A stretch of DNA of 44,395 nucleotides from Candidatus Woesearchaeota archaeon (GTDB lineage Archaea; Nanobdellota; Nanobdellia; Woesearchaeales; JACPBO01): contig JACPBO010000017.1 in assembly GCA_016180285.1 (NCBI GenBank), positions 1 through 44,395 on the forward strand, in the 5' to 3' direction. Below, piece by piece: positions 9,352 to 19,484 of the stretch (position 1 is the first letter of the stretch; the number at the start of each line of letters is the position of its first letter). The notes below the pieces were generated by a model that was given only the letters and a program-made list of their open reading frames with translations, was not told the origin of the DNA and made no database searches. The position numbers were made by a program, and so were the translations under genes.

Positions 9352-9393
9352 TATTTCTGAAGGAAACAATAAAACTCCGTCAGAATTTTATAC
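9352..9393 (+). other. 16S BHB intron, 42 nt, helix 11 (after about E. coli 265)
   Basis: Central helix GUAA/UUAU with bulges UG|U and AC|G; removal restores GGTGAGGTAATG|GCTCACC. Confidence 0.85.
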
Positions 9394-9880
9394 GCTCACC
9401 AAGCCGGAGATCAGTAGGGGTCTTGAGAGAGATAGCCCCGAGAAGGGCACTGAGATACTGGCCCTAGCTCCACGGAGTGCAGCAGGCGCGAAAACTTTAC
9501 ACTACGCGAAAGCGTGATAAGGGGACCCTAAGTGCTTATGTTTTTACATAGGCTTTTGCCAAGAGCAAAAATCTTGGAGAATAAGTGGTGGGCAAGACTG
9601 GTGCCAGCCGCCGCGGTAATCCCAGCACCACAAGTGGCGATCATAATTATTTGGCTTAAAGCGTCCGTAGCTGGTTTGATAAATCTTTTGTGAAATTGTT
9701 AGGCTCAACTTAACAACGTGCAGAAGACACTATCAGACTAGGGATTGGGAAGAGTCAGAAGTATTCAATGGGGAGCGGTAAAATGCTATAATCCATTGAA
9801 GACTACCTGTGGCGAAGGCGTCTGACTAGAACAACTCCGACAGTGAGGGACGAAAGCTGAGGGAGCGATCCGGATTAGAT

Positions 9881-9986
9881 ACGAGAAATTTTCTTATAAA
9901 AATTTCTGGAGTTAGACTCGTAAATTTCGCTGTTAAACTACAATTACGAGTTGAATCTGGAAGTAGTGGAAATTTACTCGCTAACT
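9881..9986 (+). other. 16S BHB intron, 106 nt (after E. coli 793)
   Basis: Central helix UUAG/CUAA with bulges AU|A and CU|A, inner helix CGAG/CUCG; removal restores GGATTAGAT|ACCC. Confidence 0.9.
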
Positions 9987-10569
9987 ACCCGAGTAGTCTC
10001 AGCTGTAAACTCTGCGAGCCAGGTGTTGCATATTCTTCGGGAATATGCAGTGTCGTAACGAAGGTGCTAAGCTCGCCGCCTGGGAAGTATAGTCGCAAGA
10101 CCGAAACTTAAAGGAATTGGCGGGGGAGCACTACAAGGGGTGCGGCGTGCGGTTCAATCGAATTCAACACCGAAAATCTCACCAGAACCGACGGCAGGAT
10201 GAAAGTCAGGCTGAAGACCTTACTTAACAAGCCGAGAGGTAGCGCATGGCCGTCGCCAGCTCGTGCTGTGAAGTGTCCTCTTAAGTGAGGTAACGAGCGA
10301 GACCTGTACCTACAATTGCTAACGAATTATGTGATCGAGCACATTGTAGGGACTGCCTTGGAAACAAGGAGGAAGGTGCAGGCAACGGTAGGTCTGTATG
10401 CTCCGAATGCTCTGGGCTACACGCGCGCAACAATGGTAGGGACAATGGGCTGCGACTCCGAAAGGAGAAGCTAAACCTCTAAACCCTATCTTGGTCCAGA
10501 TCGAGGAATGTAAGTGTCCTCGTGACGTTGGAATCCCTAGTAATCGGACGTCAACAGCGTCCGGTGAAC

Positions 10570-10606
<37 letters not shown>

Positions 10607-10770
10607 TCCGAGCAGAGTCTAGATGAGGTTTGGTTTATTGATTAAATCGAATCTAGGCCCAGTGAGGAGGGTTAAGTCGTCACAAGGTAACTGTAGGGGA
10701 ACCTGCGGTTGGATCACCTCCTTTTTATTTTTATATTGTCGATGTATCATTGCCCTAAAATTCATAATAT

Positions 10771-10897
10771 GGGCCCGTAGCTCAGACTGGTAGAGCATCG
10801 CCCTTGCATAATATTAAAGAAAGGCGGGGGCCTCGGGTTCAAAAAATCACGTTTATTATGGCCCAGCGGACCATTTTTGAAAGTCCCGACGGGTCCA
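10771..10897 (+). tRNA. tRNA-Ala(UGC) with two introns (10809-10821 at 37/38; 10844-10883 at 59/60)
   Basis: Acceptor GGGCCCG/CGGGTCC+A; anticodon stem TCGCC/GGCGG; removing both inserts gives loop CTTGCAA and T-loop TTCAAAT; lies in the 16S-23S spacer. Confidence 0.92.
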
Positions 10898-12944
10898 TTT
10901 TTAATCAGATATTCGGTATTGTAATATCGAATATTAAAGGTAGAAAAATTACATCTTAATCCTAGTGTAATGATTATGAAGCCATGCATAGAGTGTTCAG
11001 AAAAATGTTATTAGGTGAAGGACTCGGCTCTAACGCCGAAGAAGGATGCGACAAGCTGCATTAAGCTCTGGCTAGCTGCATGTAAGCTTTGAACCAGAGA
11101 TCTCTGAATGAGACTTCTCATTAGATCCGAAAGGATCGGGAACGCAGGGAATTGAAACGTCTTAGTACCTGCAGGAAAAGAAATCAACGAGATGCTGTTA
11201 ATAAGAGCGACTGAAAACAGCAAAGAGCAAACTGAATCTTTTATTGAAAGATAAAAGAGATGTGGTGTTGAAGACTGCCTTTTAGTCCTACTGTTTGACT
11301 TGAACTCTTCTGGAAAGGAGGGCGCAACAGGGTGATAGTCCCGTAAAGGTAAAACAGAGGATGTGGCAGTATCTTGAGTACTGTTTACCGGATACTAAAC
11401 AGGAATTTGGGTGGCATCAACATCCAACTCTAAACACGTATAGAGTCCGATAGCGTAGAAGTACAACGATGGAAAGTTGAAAAGAACCCTTAACAGGAAG
11501 TTAAAAGAACCTGAAACCTAATAACAATAGTGGGGTGCGGCTCTTAGGAGTTGCACCATGCGTTTCGAATAACGTGCCAGGGAGTGCATTTGAGTGGCAA
11601 GGGTAATCTTAAAAAGAGAACCCGAAGCGAAAGCAATTGCCCGCAAGCAATGAGGGGCAAGGTGTGAAAGTGCCTTTAGTCACTTGAGTGCGACCCGAAG
11701 CCAGACGATCTAACCCAGGGTAAGGCGAAGCGGGGGTAAAACCTCGTGGAGGCCTGCAACTCTGCTACGAGCAAGTGCTATCCTAACCTTGGGCTAGGGG
11801 TGAAAAGCCAATCGAGTCTGGTGATAGCTGGTTCCTGCTGAAGTTGGCCGCAGTCAAGTCTCAGGTGAGACAGCTAAGATGGTAGAGGTACGGATTTTGG
11901 ATTTAGGCTTCGAAAGAAGTCGGTCCTCTGTCCAACTCCGAATATTTTAGCGTCTAAGACCTTGGGAAACGGGGATTCGGGGTAAACTTGAATTCCGAGA
12001 GGGGAACAACCCAGACTATAGTTAAGGTCCCAAAAACCAATTAAGTGTTATAGGCTGAAGAGCGTCAATAGTCTAAGACAGCGAGGAGGTTGGCTCAGAA
12101 GCAGCCACCCTATAATAAGTGCGTAACAGCTTACTCGTCAAGACTATTGGCCTCCAAAATGGACGGGGCTAAATTGGTTACCGATACTATAGACCATCTT
12201 CGGATGTGTGGTAAGCAGGCGTTCTATGAGGGCAGAAATATTCTCGCGAGAGGATGTGGACCTCATAGAAATGAAAATCCTGGCGTCAGTAGGATCATAG
12301 CAGTGTTAGAATCACTGCCACTGAAAGGGCAAGGGTTCCTTGACAATGCAAATCAGTCAAGGGTAAGTTAGTCCTAACTAATCTCCCAATTGGAGTGTAT
12401 TAGGAAAGGGAAAAAGGTTAATATTCCTTTACTGTTCGAGTATGTGCGGCAACGCAAGTTCAGTTTCTGAAATTTTTGGCTGGACCAACATGGTTATTTA
12501 TCATGCCAATCAGAATAAATCTGGGGAGTATCGTAACGATGAGAACCAGATTAAATCTGAGATGAGTATTCCTATGGAATATTTGGTTTAGGCCAGGAGT
12601 CCATGAAAAAGGAACTGAAAAAAATCTTGAATAACTATACCCAGAACCAGCACAGGTGCCCCTAGGTGAGTAGCCTAAAGTGTGAAGGATTAATTCAATT
12701 GAGGGAACTCGGCAAATTAGCCCCGTAGCTTAGGTAGAAGGGGTCCCTGCGGTCGTGCTGCATAAGTGCGATTGCAAGGTGCAATAACAAGGAGGGTCCG
12801 ACTGTTTAACAAAAACTTAGCTTTCCGCTAGCCCGCAAGGGTGCGTATGGAAGGTGACGTCTGCCCAATGCTTGTATCTCAAACCTCTATTCAAGGAGGC
12901 TAAGGACAGGTCAATGGCGGGAGTAACTATAACTCTCTTAAGGT

Positions 12945-13634
12945 GATTTTGTCGCCTTAATAAAATCTGGCTATTTGCTGGAAAATCCGAGAATCTCACA
13001 CTACCAGTGGACAAGTGTGCGCATAAAGCTTATAAAGCTGAATGCGCAAGTGTTATTGGTGAAAATGTGATGAGTGCGGACAATCAGCAGGAAAGACTAG
13101 ATGATAAGTGGATCACAGGGTTTGTCGATGGAGAAGGTTGTTTTTATGTAGCCATAAACAAGCTACCAAAAATGACTCTAGGTTGGCAAGTTCTTCCCGA
13201 ATTCAGAGTTGTTCAGCATCAGCGTGATGAACAAGTGCTTCATAAGTTGAAATTATTTTTTGGCTTTGGAAGCGTTGAAAGAAATCACGATGAGCGAAAA
13301 GAGTTCAGAGTAAGGGGAATCGAAAACTTGAATAAATTGATAAAATTTTTCAAGGAAAATCCTCTTGAAACTTCGAAGAAAAGAAGCTTTGAAATCTTTG
13401 CTCAAATCATCGAATTGATGAACAGCAAACAGCATCTGACAAAGGAAGGATTACATGAAATTGCTAACTTGGCTTCTCAGATGAACCGACAAGTCAAAAG
13501 AAATCTAGAATCCTCAGAGACTATATGCCGGAACTCCAAACAGGAGTAAGATATAGTCCGACCCTAACAGCGATGTTAGGAGCTGTGCAGAAATGCGCAG
13601 CCGCCTCTAAGAGGCCATTAAAGTAACAGATGTG
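12945..13634 (+). mobile_element. Group I intron (IB-like) at 23S position L1931, 690 nt
   Basis: Exons rejoin as CTTAAGGT|AGCGAAA. The 5' exon ends in U paired with IGS GCCUUAA; terminal omega-G. Core elements P TTGCTGGAAA, Q AATCAGCAGG, R CTCAGAGACTATA, S AAGATATAGTCC. Confidence 0.95.
13070..13549 (+). CDS. Single-motif LAGLIDADG homing endonuclease (intron-encoded)
   Basis: WITGFVDGEGCF motif, FRVVQ, FFGFGSV, PLETSKKRSF, HLTKEGL; ATG 13070 preceded by a GGTGA SD. Confidence 0.93.
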   Translation: MSADNQQERLDDKWITGFVDGEGCFYVAINKLPKMTLGWQVLPEFRVVQHQRDEQVLHKLKLFFGFGSVERNHDERKEFRVRGIENLNKLIKFFKENPLETSKKRSFEIFAQIIELMNSKQHLTKEGLHEIANLASQMNRQVKRNLESSETICRNSKQE

Positions 13635-14694
13635 AGCGAAATACCTTGTCGTTTGAATGACGACGCGCATGAATGACGTAACGAGATCCTCACTGTCCCC
13701 AATTGAAGTCCTCTGAACACTCTTTTCTGGTGTAAAAGCCAGAGATTTCCAGTGGGAAGTGAAGACCCCGTGAAACTTTACTGTAGTCTGTTGTTGCAAC
13801 GTGAGTTTTGGTGTATAGCGTAAGTGGGAGTCGTTTGAAGCTTAATCGTTAGGTTAAGTGTAGACGCCAATGTAACACCACTCATTAAGACTTACGTCGC
13901 TAATTAACGAAAGTTAAAACAGCGATAGATAGACAGTTTGGCTGGGGTGGCACTCTGCTGAAAAAGTATCAGCAGAGCCCAATGGCTGACTCATTCGGGT
14001 CAGAAATCCGAAGTTGAGTGCGAGGGCAAAAGTCAGCCTGATTGGATTTCCACTAAGAAAGAATCCAAACATGAAAGTGTGGCCTAGCGAACCTCTATGT
14101 CCTCCTTGCTGGGGGCTAGAGATGACCGAAAAGTTACTCCGGGGATAACAGAGTCGTCGCGCCTGAGAGTTCACATCGACGGCGCGGCTTGCTACATCGA
14201 TGTCGGCTCTACCTATCCTGGCCGTGCAGAAGCGGCCAAGGGTGCGGGTGTTCACCGATTAAAAGGGATCGTGAGCTGGGTTCAGAACGTTGTGAGACAG
14301 TTTGTTTAATATCTACTGGAAATGCTTTGTGTCTGAAAGGAAGAATGCTCTAGTACGAGAGGAACGGGCATTCGAAGCCTCTGGTGAATCAGTTGTCTGC
14401 AAAGGCACGCTGAACAGCTACGCTTTTAAGGGATAAGAGCTGAAAGCATCTAAGCTCGAAGCCCTCCTTGAAAATAGACACAATGAACACAAGCAAAAGA
14501 CTTGTTCAATGGAATCGGTGTGTACGTGCAAAGCTTCGGCAATGCATTCAGCATGCGATTTCCAACAGTTCGACTTTGAATACTCTATGCATGGTTATTC
14601 TTTATTTTTTTAAAAATTATTTTGATAGTGTGAACTACGATTTCTAAATCTGTCGGGCAAAGTTTTATATACGTGTCAATACTCCATAAGCGCC

Positions 14695-15363
14695 ATGATA
14701 TCGGTCGCATTAGCTGATTATCCTTTGGAGCATATTGATGAATTTGAAGGCGATTTCATACAGCTTATCAGGATGACAATTGAACTCGACAGGGAGCTTG
14801 GCGTTGTTGATGAAAGAGTTACACGCAATATTCCGATTTGTAAGAAATATGTTGAGCTATTTAACAATAAATACAGCGGGTTGGTTGCTAAGTTCAAAGA
14901 ATCTGACACAGAACCGATTCTAAGATTGTTTATTCATAATGAGAAAAGTATAAAGAGAATTTTTGACGAAGTTATTGCTAAGGTAGAGCCTGACGGCGCA
15001 ATAGTTCCTATAATTGAGGGCTTAGAGTCTATTGGCTCTGATATTCTTGAGATGGACAGTATCAAGGACAAGAACGATTTTATGCTCGAGTACAATATGA
15101 TAAAAAATAAGCTCTATGTGCGGTATTGTTGCGGTAAGGAGAGCATATTTCTAAAATACAGTAAAGATGCAGACATGGTAGAGCTCATATATGATCCTAT
15201 GCAGCTTATTAAAATGCACTCGCATTCATCAACATTTATAATCTGCTGCTATTATGCATTGCGTGACAAATGGAAGCCCGGTCTTGATATACTGGGCGCT
15301 TCTGTCAAGTTTTCATCCAGCGTATCGGCTTCTGGCGGTATAACTGGCAGGCCTTTAAGATAA
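14695..15363 (+). CDS. Hypothetical protein
   Basis: 222-aa ORF with TATA (TTTTATAT) upstream; no recognised motif. Confidence 0.7.
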   Translation: MISVALADYPLEHIDEFEGDFIQLIRMTIELDRELGVVDERVTRNIPICKKYVELFNNKYSGLVAKFKESDTEPILRLFIHNEKSIKRIFDEVIAKVEPDGAIVPIIEGLESIGSDILEMDSIKDKNDFMLEYNMIKNKLYVRYCCGKESIFLKYSKDADMVELIYDPMQLIKMHSHSSTFIICCYYALRDKWKPGLDILGASVKFSSSVSASGGITGRPLR

Positions 15364-15415
15364 TTCCGCGTAATTAACAATACTTTTTTAAATTCATTTA
15401 TTTTCTTGCATTATA

Positions 15416-16396
15416 ATGATCTGTCTCGGAATAGAATCAACTGCGCATACTTTTAGCGCAGGCGTAATAGGTGAAAAAGGAAAAATATTGGCGAATGTTA
15501 AAGACAGCTATACAACTGAGAAAGGCGGAATACATCCGAAGGAAGCGAAAGAGCATCATTTAAGGGTTAAGGATAAGGTTGTTGGCGATGCCTTGCTAAA
15601 AGCAAATATTTCTCTGAAAGATATTGATTTGATTTCATTTTCACAAGGCCCTGGTCTTGCTCCATGCCTTATTGTCGGAATGGAAAAGTCAAAAGAGCTT
15701 TCGAGAAAATTAAATGTTCCTCTTGTCGGAGTAAATCACTGCATATGCCATCTCGAGATTGGAAAGCTGTTGACAAAATCCAAAGACCCGGTTCTGCTTT
15801 ATGTTTCAGGCGCAAATACGCAGGTTATTGCCTATGAAGGCGGCAAATACAGGATTTTTGGAGAAACACTTGATAATGGCGTCGGTAATTTCATCGATGC
15901 CTTTGCCCGCGAGCTTGGGCTTGGCTTTCCAGGCGGTCCGAAGATTTATGAGCTTGCATTAAAAGGCAAGAAATATATTGAGCTGCCTTACTGTGTTAAG
16001 GGAATGGACATTTCAGTCGGAGGGATTTTAACAAATTTAAAGCAAAAGATAAAATCCGGAGAATTCATCAAAGAAGATTTGGCTTATTCATGCCAGGAAA
16101 CTGTTTTTTCAATGCTTGTTGAAGTTGCAGAAAGGGCAATGGCGCATTGCGGTAAAAATGAGCTGCTTCTTGGCGGCGGAGTAGCGTGCAATAAAAGATT
16201 GCAGGAGATGTGCATTAAGATGTGCAATGACAGAAAGAGCAATTGTTTTATTCCGCCAAATGATGTTCTCACAGACAATGGCCTCATGATCGCCTGGCAA
16301 GGGATCTTGGAAAGAAAGAAAGCAACTAAAGATTTAGATAAGATCGACATCAGGCCTTATTGGAGGACAGATCAAGTGGATGTGGATTGGAGATAA
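15416..16396 (+). CDS. kae1: tRNA t6A synthase Kae1 (KEOPS)
   Basis: LGIESTAHT, GGIHP, GPG, VNHCICH, YVSGANTQ, GGGVACN, DNGLMIA motifs. Confidence 0.96.
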   Translation: MICLGIESTAHTFSAGVIGEKGKILANVKDSYTTEKGGIHPKEAKEHHLRVKDKVVGDALLKANISLKDIDLISFSQGPGLAPCLIVGMEKSKELSRKLNVPLVGVNHCICHLEIGKLLTKSKDPVLLYVSGANTQVIAYEGGKYRIFGETLDNGVGNFIDAFARELGLGFPGGPKIYELALKGKKYIELPYCVKGMDISVGGILTNLKQKIKSGEFIKEDLAYSCQETVFSMLVEVAERAMAHCGKNELLLGGGVACNKRLQEMCIKMCNDRKSNCFIPPNDVLTDNGLMIAWQGILERKKATKDLDKIDIRPYWRTDQVDVDWR

Positions 16397-16397
16397 T

Positions 16398-16742
16398 ATG
16401 AATGAAAAATATAAGGGAGTAATTATTGAAGAAAGTTTAGAAAATAATAAAGTCCTCAACGATTTAGAAATTATCAAATTAAAAATCACAAAAGAAGAAA
16501 TTCCATCTGAAAGGCGGCATCTTTATACTGTAAAAGTTTCAAAAAATGACATTGAAAATTTGTCTAAAAATATTAAACCAAAATGGTATATGCATTTTTG
16601 GAAAGGAAGAAATATTATTGTTATTTTTAAAAATAAAAAATTTGAGTTCAATTATGATAATAAAGCGACTTGGAAACCTGCTATCGAATATGGATTATTG
16701 TTGGGCATTCCAAAAAAACAATTGGATTTTCCTATAGATTGA
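16398..16742 (+). CDS. Hypothetical protein
   Basis: ATG 1 nt after the kae1 stop; YKGVIIEESL...WYMHFW...GIPKKQLDF. Confidence 0.75.
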   Translation: MNEKYKGVIIEESLENNKVLNDLEIIKLKITKEEIPSERRHLYTVKVSKNDIENLSKNIKPKWYMHFWKGRNIIVIFKNKKFEFNYDNKATWKPAIEYGLLLGIPKKQLDFPID

Positions 16743-16758
16743 GTATTAAAAATCTAAC

Positions 16759-17109
16759 TCACCAAAACCTTAAAAATCCTCTTTTCTTCTTTTTGATTGA
16801 TTTCGGATTTGATCTTTTTATTGCTTTTTTATTCTTTACTTTTTGCTTCTTCGCCTTTGCTTTTTTAATATTCTTTTTTGCTTTTTTAGAAACATTTGAT
16901 TTTTTTGCCTTGTCAGTTTTAGCTTCTGTTTTGCTCAATGGCTTCAGGATTTCAGATGCCTGCTCATACTTTGCCTGCTGCTCAGGAGTCAACTCTGTGA
17001 ATATGGCTCCGCAGTCCTGGCAGATGATTTCGGCTGCCTTTTCATTATAGAAGATATTATCAGTGCCGCACTCCGGGCAAAATTTAATTTCATCAAGCCT
17101 TACTGCCAT
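16759..17109 (-). CDS. TFIIB-type zinc-ribbon protein with Lys-rich tail
   Basis: CPECG...ICQDCG; ATG 17109 with GGTGA SD; highly basic C-terminal half. Confidence 0.8.
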   Translation of the reverse strand: MAVRLDEIKFCPECGTDNIFYNEKAAEIICQDCGAIFTELTPEQQAKYEQASEILKPLSKTEAKTDKAKKSNVSKKAKKNIKKAKAKKQKVKNKKAIKRSNPKSIKKKKRGFLRFW

Positions 17110-17184
17110 ATTACTCACCCCTTACAGGCTATCTTTTACAGCTGGTTTAAATAAGTTTCGGAAAATTGAGGTTATGCCTCTCTT

Positions 17185-18144
17185 TTAGAAAGGGTAATAA
17201 TTTAATTTGTCAGTTTGATACACAAACAGAGAATTATAATCTCTCATGTATTCTCCGCTAGTTTCTTTTATTTCTTTTAAGATTGCTCGCATTTCTTGAA
17301 CATTAGTTACTTCAAAATCTAATTCCAAGTCCCATGAACCAATGACTTTTATAGTTCTTATCAGATTTTGGCATGTTGAAATCTGAGACAGAAATTCATT
17401 CTCGTCTTTTTCATAATTTTGATTAATTAAGATTTTATAGAAAGAGTTTCCAAACTTTTCATGATTTAGATTTATAGTAAATTTCTGCAAAATTCCTTCT
17501 TTTACCAGTTTCTTAATCCTATAGTGAGCTATATCTTTTGTTATTTTTAATTTTTCAGCTAATTCTACAATGGGTATTCTGGCATTTTGTGAGAGAATCT
17601 GCAGTAAAGAATGGTCTACTTTATTAAGTTCGATTATTTTTTCTTCTTTTTCCCTTTTTATTGGCGGAATTGATTCAGATTTTATTAAATATCTTCTGCC
17701 AAAATACCTTGCATTAACAACTGGAAGGATTGTCCTTTCTTTAATGTACTTGCCGAAATGTTGATTTATCTCCAATAAAATTTTCTCTACGTCCTCATTA
17801 TTTTTATAGAGAAAAACAAGATATGCATCAAAATTGCCATCTATTCTGGCAACATTTCCTAGGAGTCTATGATCTAAAAGAAAAGCGTAAAATCTTTTTT
17901 CTTCATCTAATGAAATGTTTTGAAGTTTGTAAAAAGCATGACAGGTAGTATAACCTATTTTTCTATAATTAACCTGCACCATAAAGTTACTTATAATGCC
18001 CTTATTTTGCAATTTCTTTATTCTTTGATTAACAGAAACTTTAGAAAGTCTTATTTTCTTGCCTATCTCTGATGCAGATTTTCTCGAATTCCCATCTAAT
18101 TCATGAAGTAGTTTATAGTCATATAAGTCTAATTTCTTTGTCAT
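17185..18144 (-). CDS. Tandem double Lrp/AsnC-family regulator
   Basis: Two HTH+RAM units (LDLYDYKLLHELDGNSR..., LNKVDHSLLQILSQNARIP...). Confidence 0.9.
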   Translation of the reverse strand: MTKKLDLYDYKLLHELDGNSRKSASEIGKKIRLSKVSVNQRIKKLQNKGIISNFMVQVNYRKIGYTTCHAFYKLQNISLDEEKRFYAFLLDHRLLGNVARIDGNFDAYLVFLYKNNEDVEKILLEINQHFGKYIKERTILPVVNARYFGRRYLIKSESIPPIKREKEEKIIELNKVDHSLLQILSQNARIPIVELAEKLKITKDIAHYRIKKLVKEGILQKFTINLNHEKFGNSFYKILINQNYEKDENEFLSQISTCQNLIRTIKVIGSWDLELDFEVTNVQEMRAILKEIKETSGEYMRDYNSLFVYQTDKLNYYPF

Positions 18145-18148
18145 AATC

Positions 18149-18192
18149 TTATCATAATAGTAATATCTTTATAAATATTACTATTTTGATAA
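18149..18192. promoter_or_regulatory. 18-bp inverted repeat (17/18 match) around a TATA box; operator candidate
   Basis: TTATCAtAATAGTAATAT-CTTTATAA-ATATTACTATTtTGATAA; TTTTGATAAC recurs at 18222-18231. Confidence 0.7.
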
Positions 18193-18252
18193 CTTTTTAA
18201 TTAATAATATTATTATGTTTGTTTTGATAACCACTTCTAAGGAGATATAAAA

Positions 18253-19359
18253 ATGGCAAAACTTAAGAGAGCGGCATTTACATTATGGAGCAAATGCAAT
18301 GGTAGCTGTGGCTATTGTTTTAATAGAGAAAGAAAACAAGACGAACTTCAGCTCAGGGATAGCCAAAGCATTAGCTTAAATGAATTTCAAGGAATTTTAA
18401 GGGAAGCAAAATTCTTAGGGTTAGAAGATATCGAATTAAGCGGTGGTGAGCCATTTCTTCACCCCAAAATAGTTTTAGACATGGTAAAATATGCTGGCAA
18501 TAATGAAATACTTGCAGGAATTTTCACAAATGGCACTTTGCTTAATGGCGAGATATTAAATTCTCTTAGCGATGTAGGAGTTGCATGGCTAAGATTTAGT
18601 CTTGGAGGCTATGATTTTAAAACACACTCGCTTGAAAGAAAAGGCACTCCTAAAATGTTTGAGAATGTAATAAATGCAGTTAATTATTCTATCCAGAAAG
18701 GCATTAAAACACGGCTTTTTGTTCCAATAACACAAAGAACATTTCCTTTTATAGAAAGAACAAGTGATTTTATTGCCGAACAATTTCCAGGACTCGAACA
18801 TGTAGCATTCGATTGTTATATCCCTAATGGAGTGCCTGAAAAAGACAAAAGATTTCTGATGTCTCCAGAACAACATTATGCCGCCATAGATTCCCTCCTT
18901 AAATCAAGAAGAAAGCACGAAGGAAAATTAAAAGTAATCCCTTATTACGGTTGTTTTGAATTTTTAAGTCCTGAATGGGCTGGTGAAGAAGTTCTAAAAT
19001 CTCAATGTGGAAAAGAAAGACTTGCATTTTTGGCTAATGGAGATGTAACTCCGTGCTTGTGCACTCTTGATGTTCTTGGAAATTTTAGAGAAGAAGGGTT
19101 CAATTTAAAGAAAATAGTTGAAACAATGCCGCATCCAGAACATTATGATTTCTCATCCTATGCGCCTTGCTCATCTTGTAATAAATATCAAATCTGCCAT
19201 GATTCTTGGTGCCCTTCTTTAACTGTTAATGGAAGAGGAAATTATCAAGCAACACCTTCAACATGTCCTGCTGTAAGAAAATTCGAATCTTCCGTTAAAG
19301 ATGGAATAACCCCTGAAGAAGCAATTAAACAAGCACTTGAGAGGCATAATTTAAGATGA
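18253..19359 (+). CDS. Radical SAM enzyme with SPASM domain
   Basis: CNGSCGYC, SGGEP, TNG; C-terminal C..GDVTPC..CSSC..C..C..C. Confidence 0.92.
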   Translation: MAKLKRAAFTLWSKCNGSCGYCFNRERKQDELQLRDSQSISLNEFQGILREAKFLGLEDIELSGGEPFLHPKIVLDMVKYAGNNEILAGIFTNGTLLNGEILNSLSDVGVAWLRFSLGGYDFKTHSLERKGTPKMFENVINAVNYSIQKGIKTRLFVPITQRTFPFIERTSDFIAEQFPGLEHVAFDCYIPNGVPEKDKRFLMSPEQHYAAIDSLLKSRRKHEGKLKVIPYYGCFEFLSPEWAGEEVLKSQCGKERLAFLANGDVTPCLCTLDVLGNFREEGFNLKKIVETMPHPEHYDFSSYAPCSSCNKYQICHDSWCPSLTVNGRGNYQATPSTCPAVRKFESSVKDGITPEEAIKQALERHNLR

Positions 19360-19484
19360 AAATTGCATTGATTAAACAACAGATACATTAACAGAAACAA
19401 GTTCATACACTTCTCAAAAAGATTGCAAAGGAGTTTTTAAAAGACAGCACCATGGTGAACAAATAGGCTGGACATGATGTTTAT

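Larger units (their letters stand above)
10990..14586 (+). rRNA. rrl: 23S rRNA interrupted by a group I intron
   Basis: Conserved tracts GAATTGAAACGTCTTAGTACC, GTAACTATAAC, GGATAACAG, sarcin-ricin loop CTAGTACGAGAGGAAC; terminal complementarity. Ends approximate. Confidence 0.98.
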
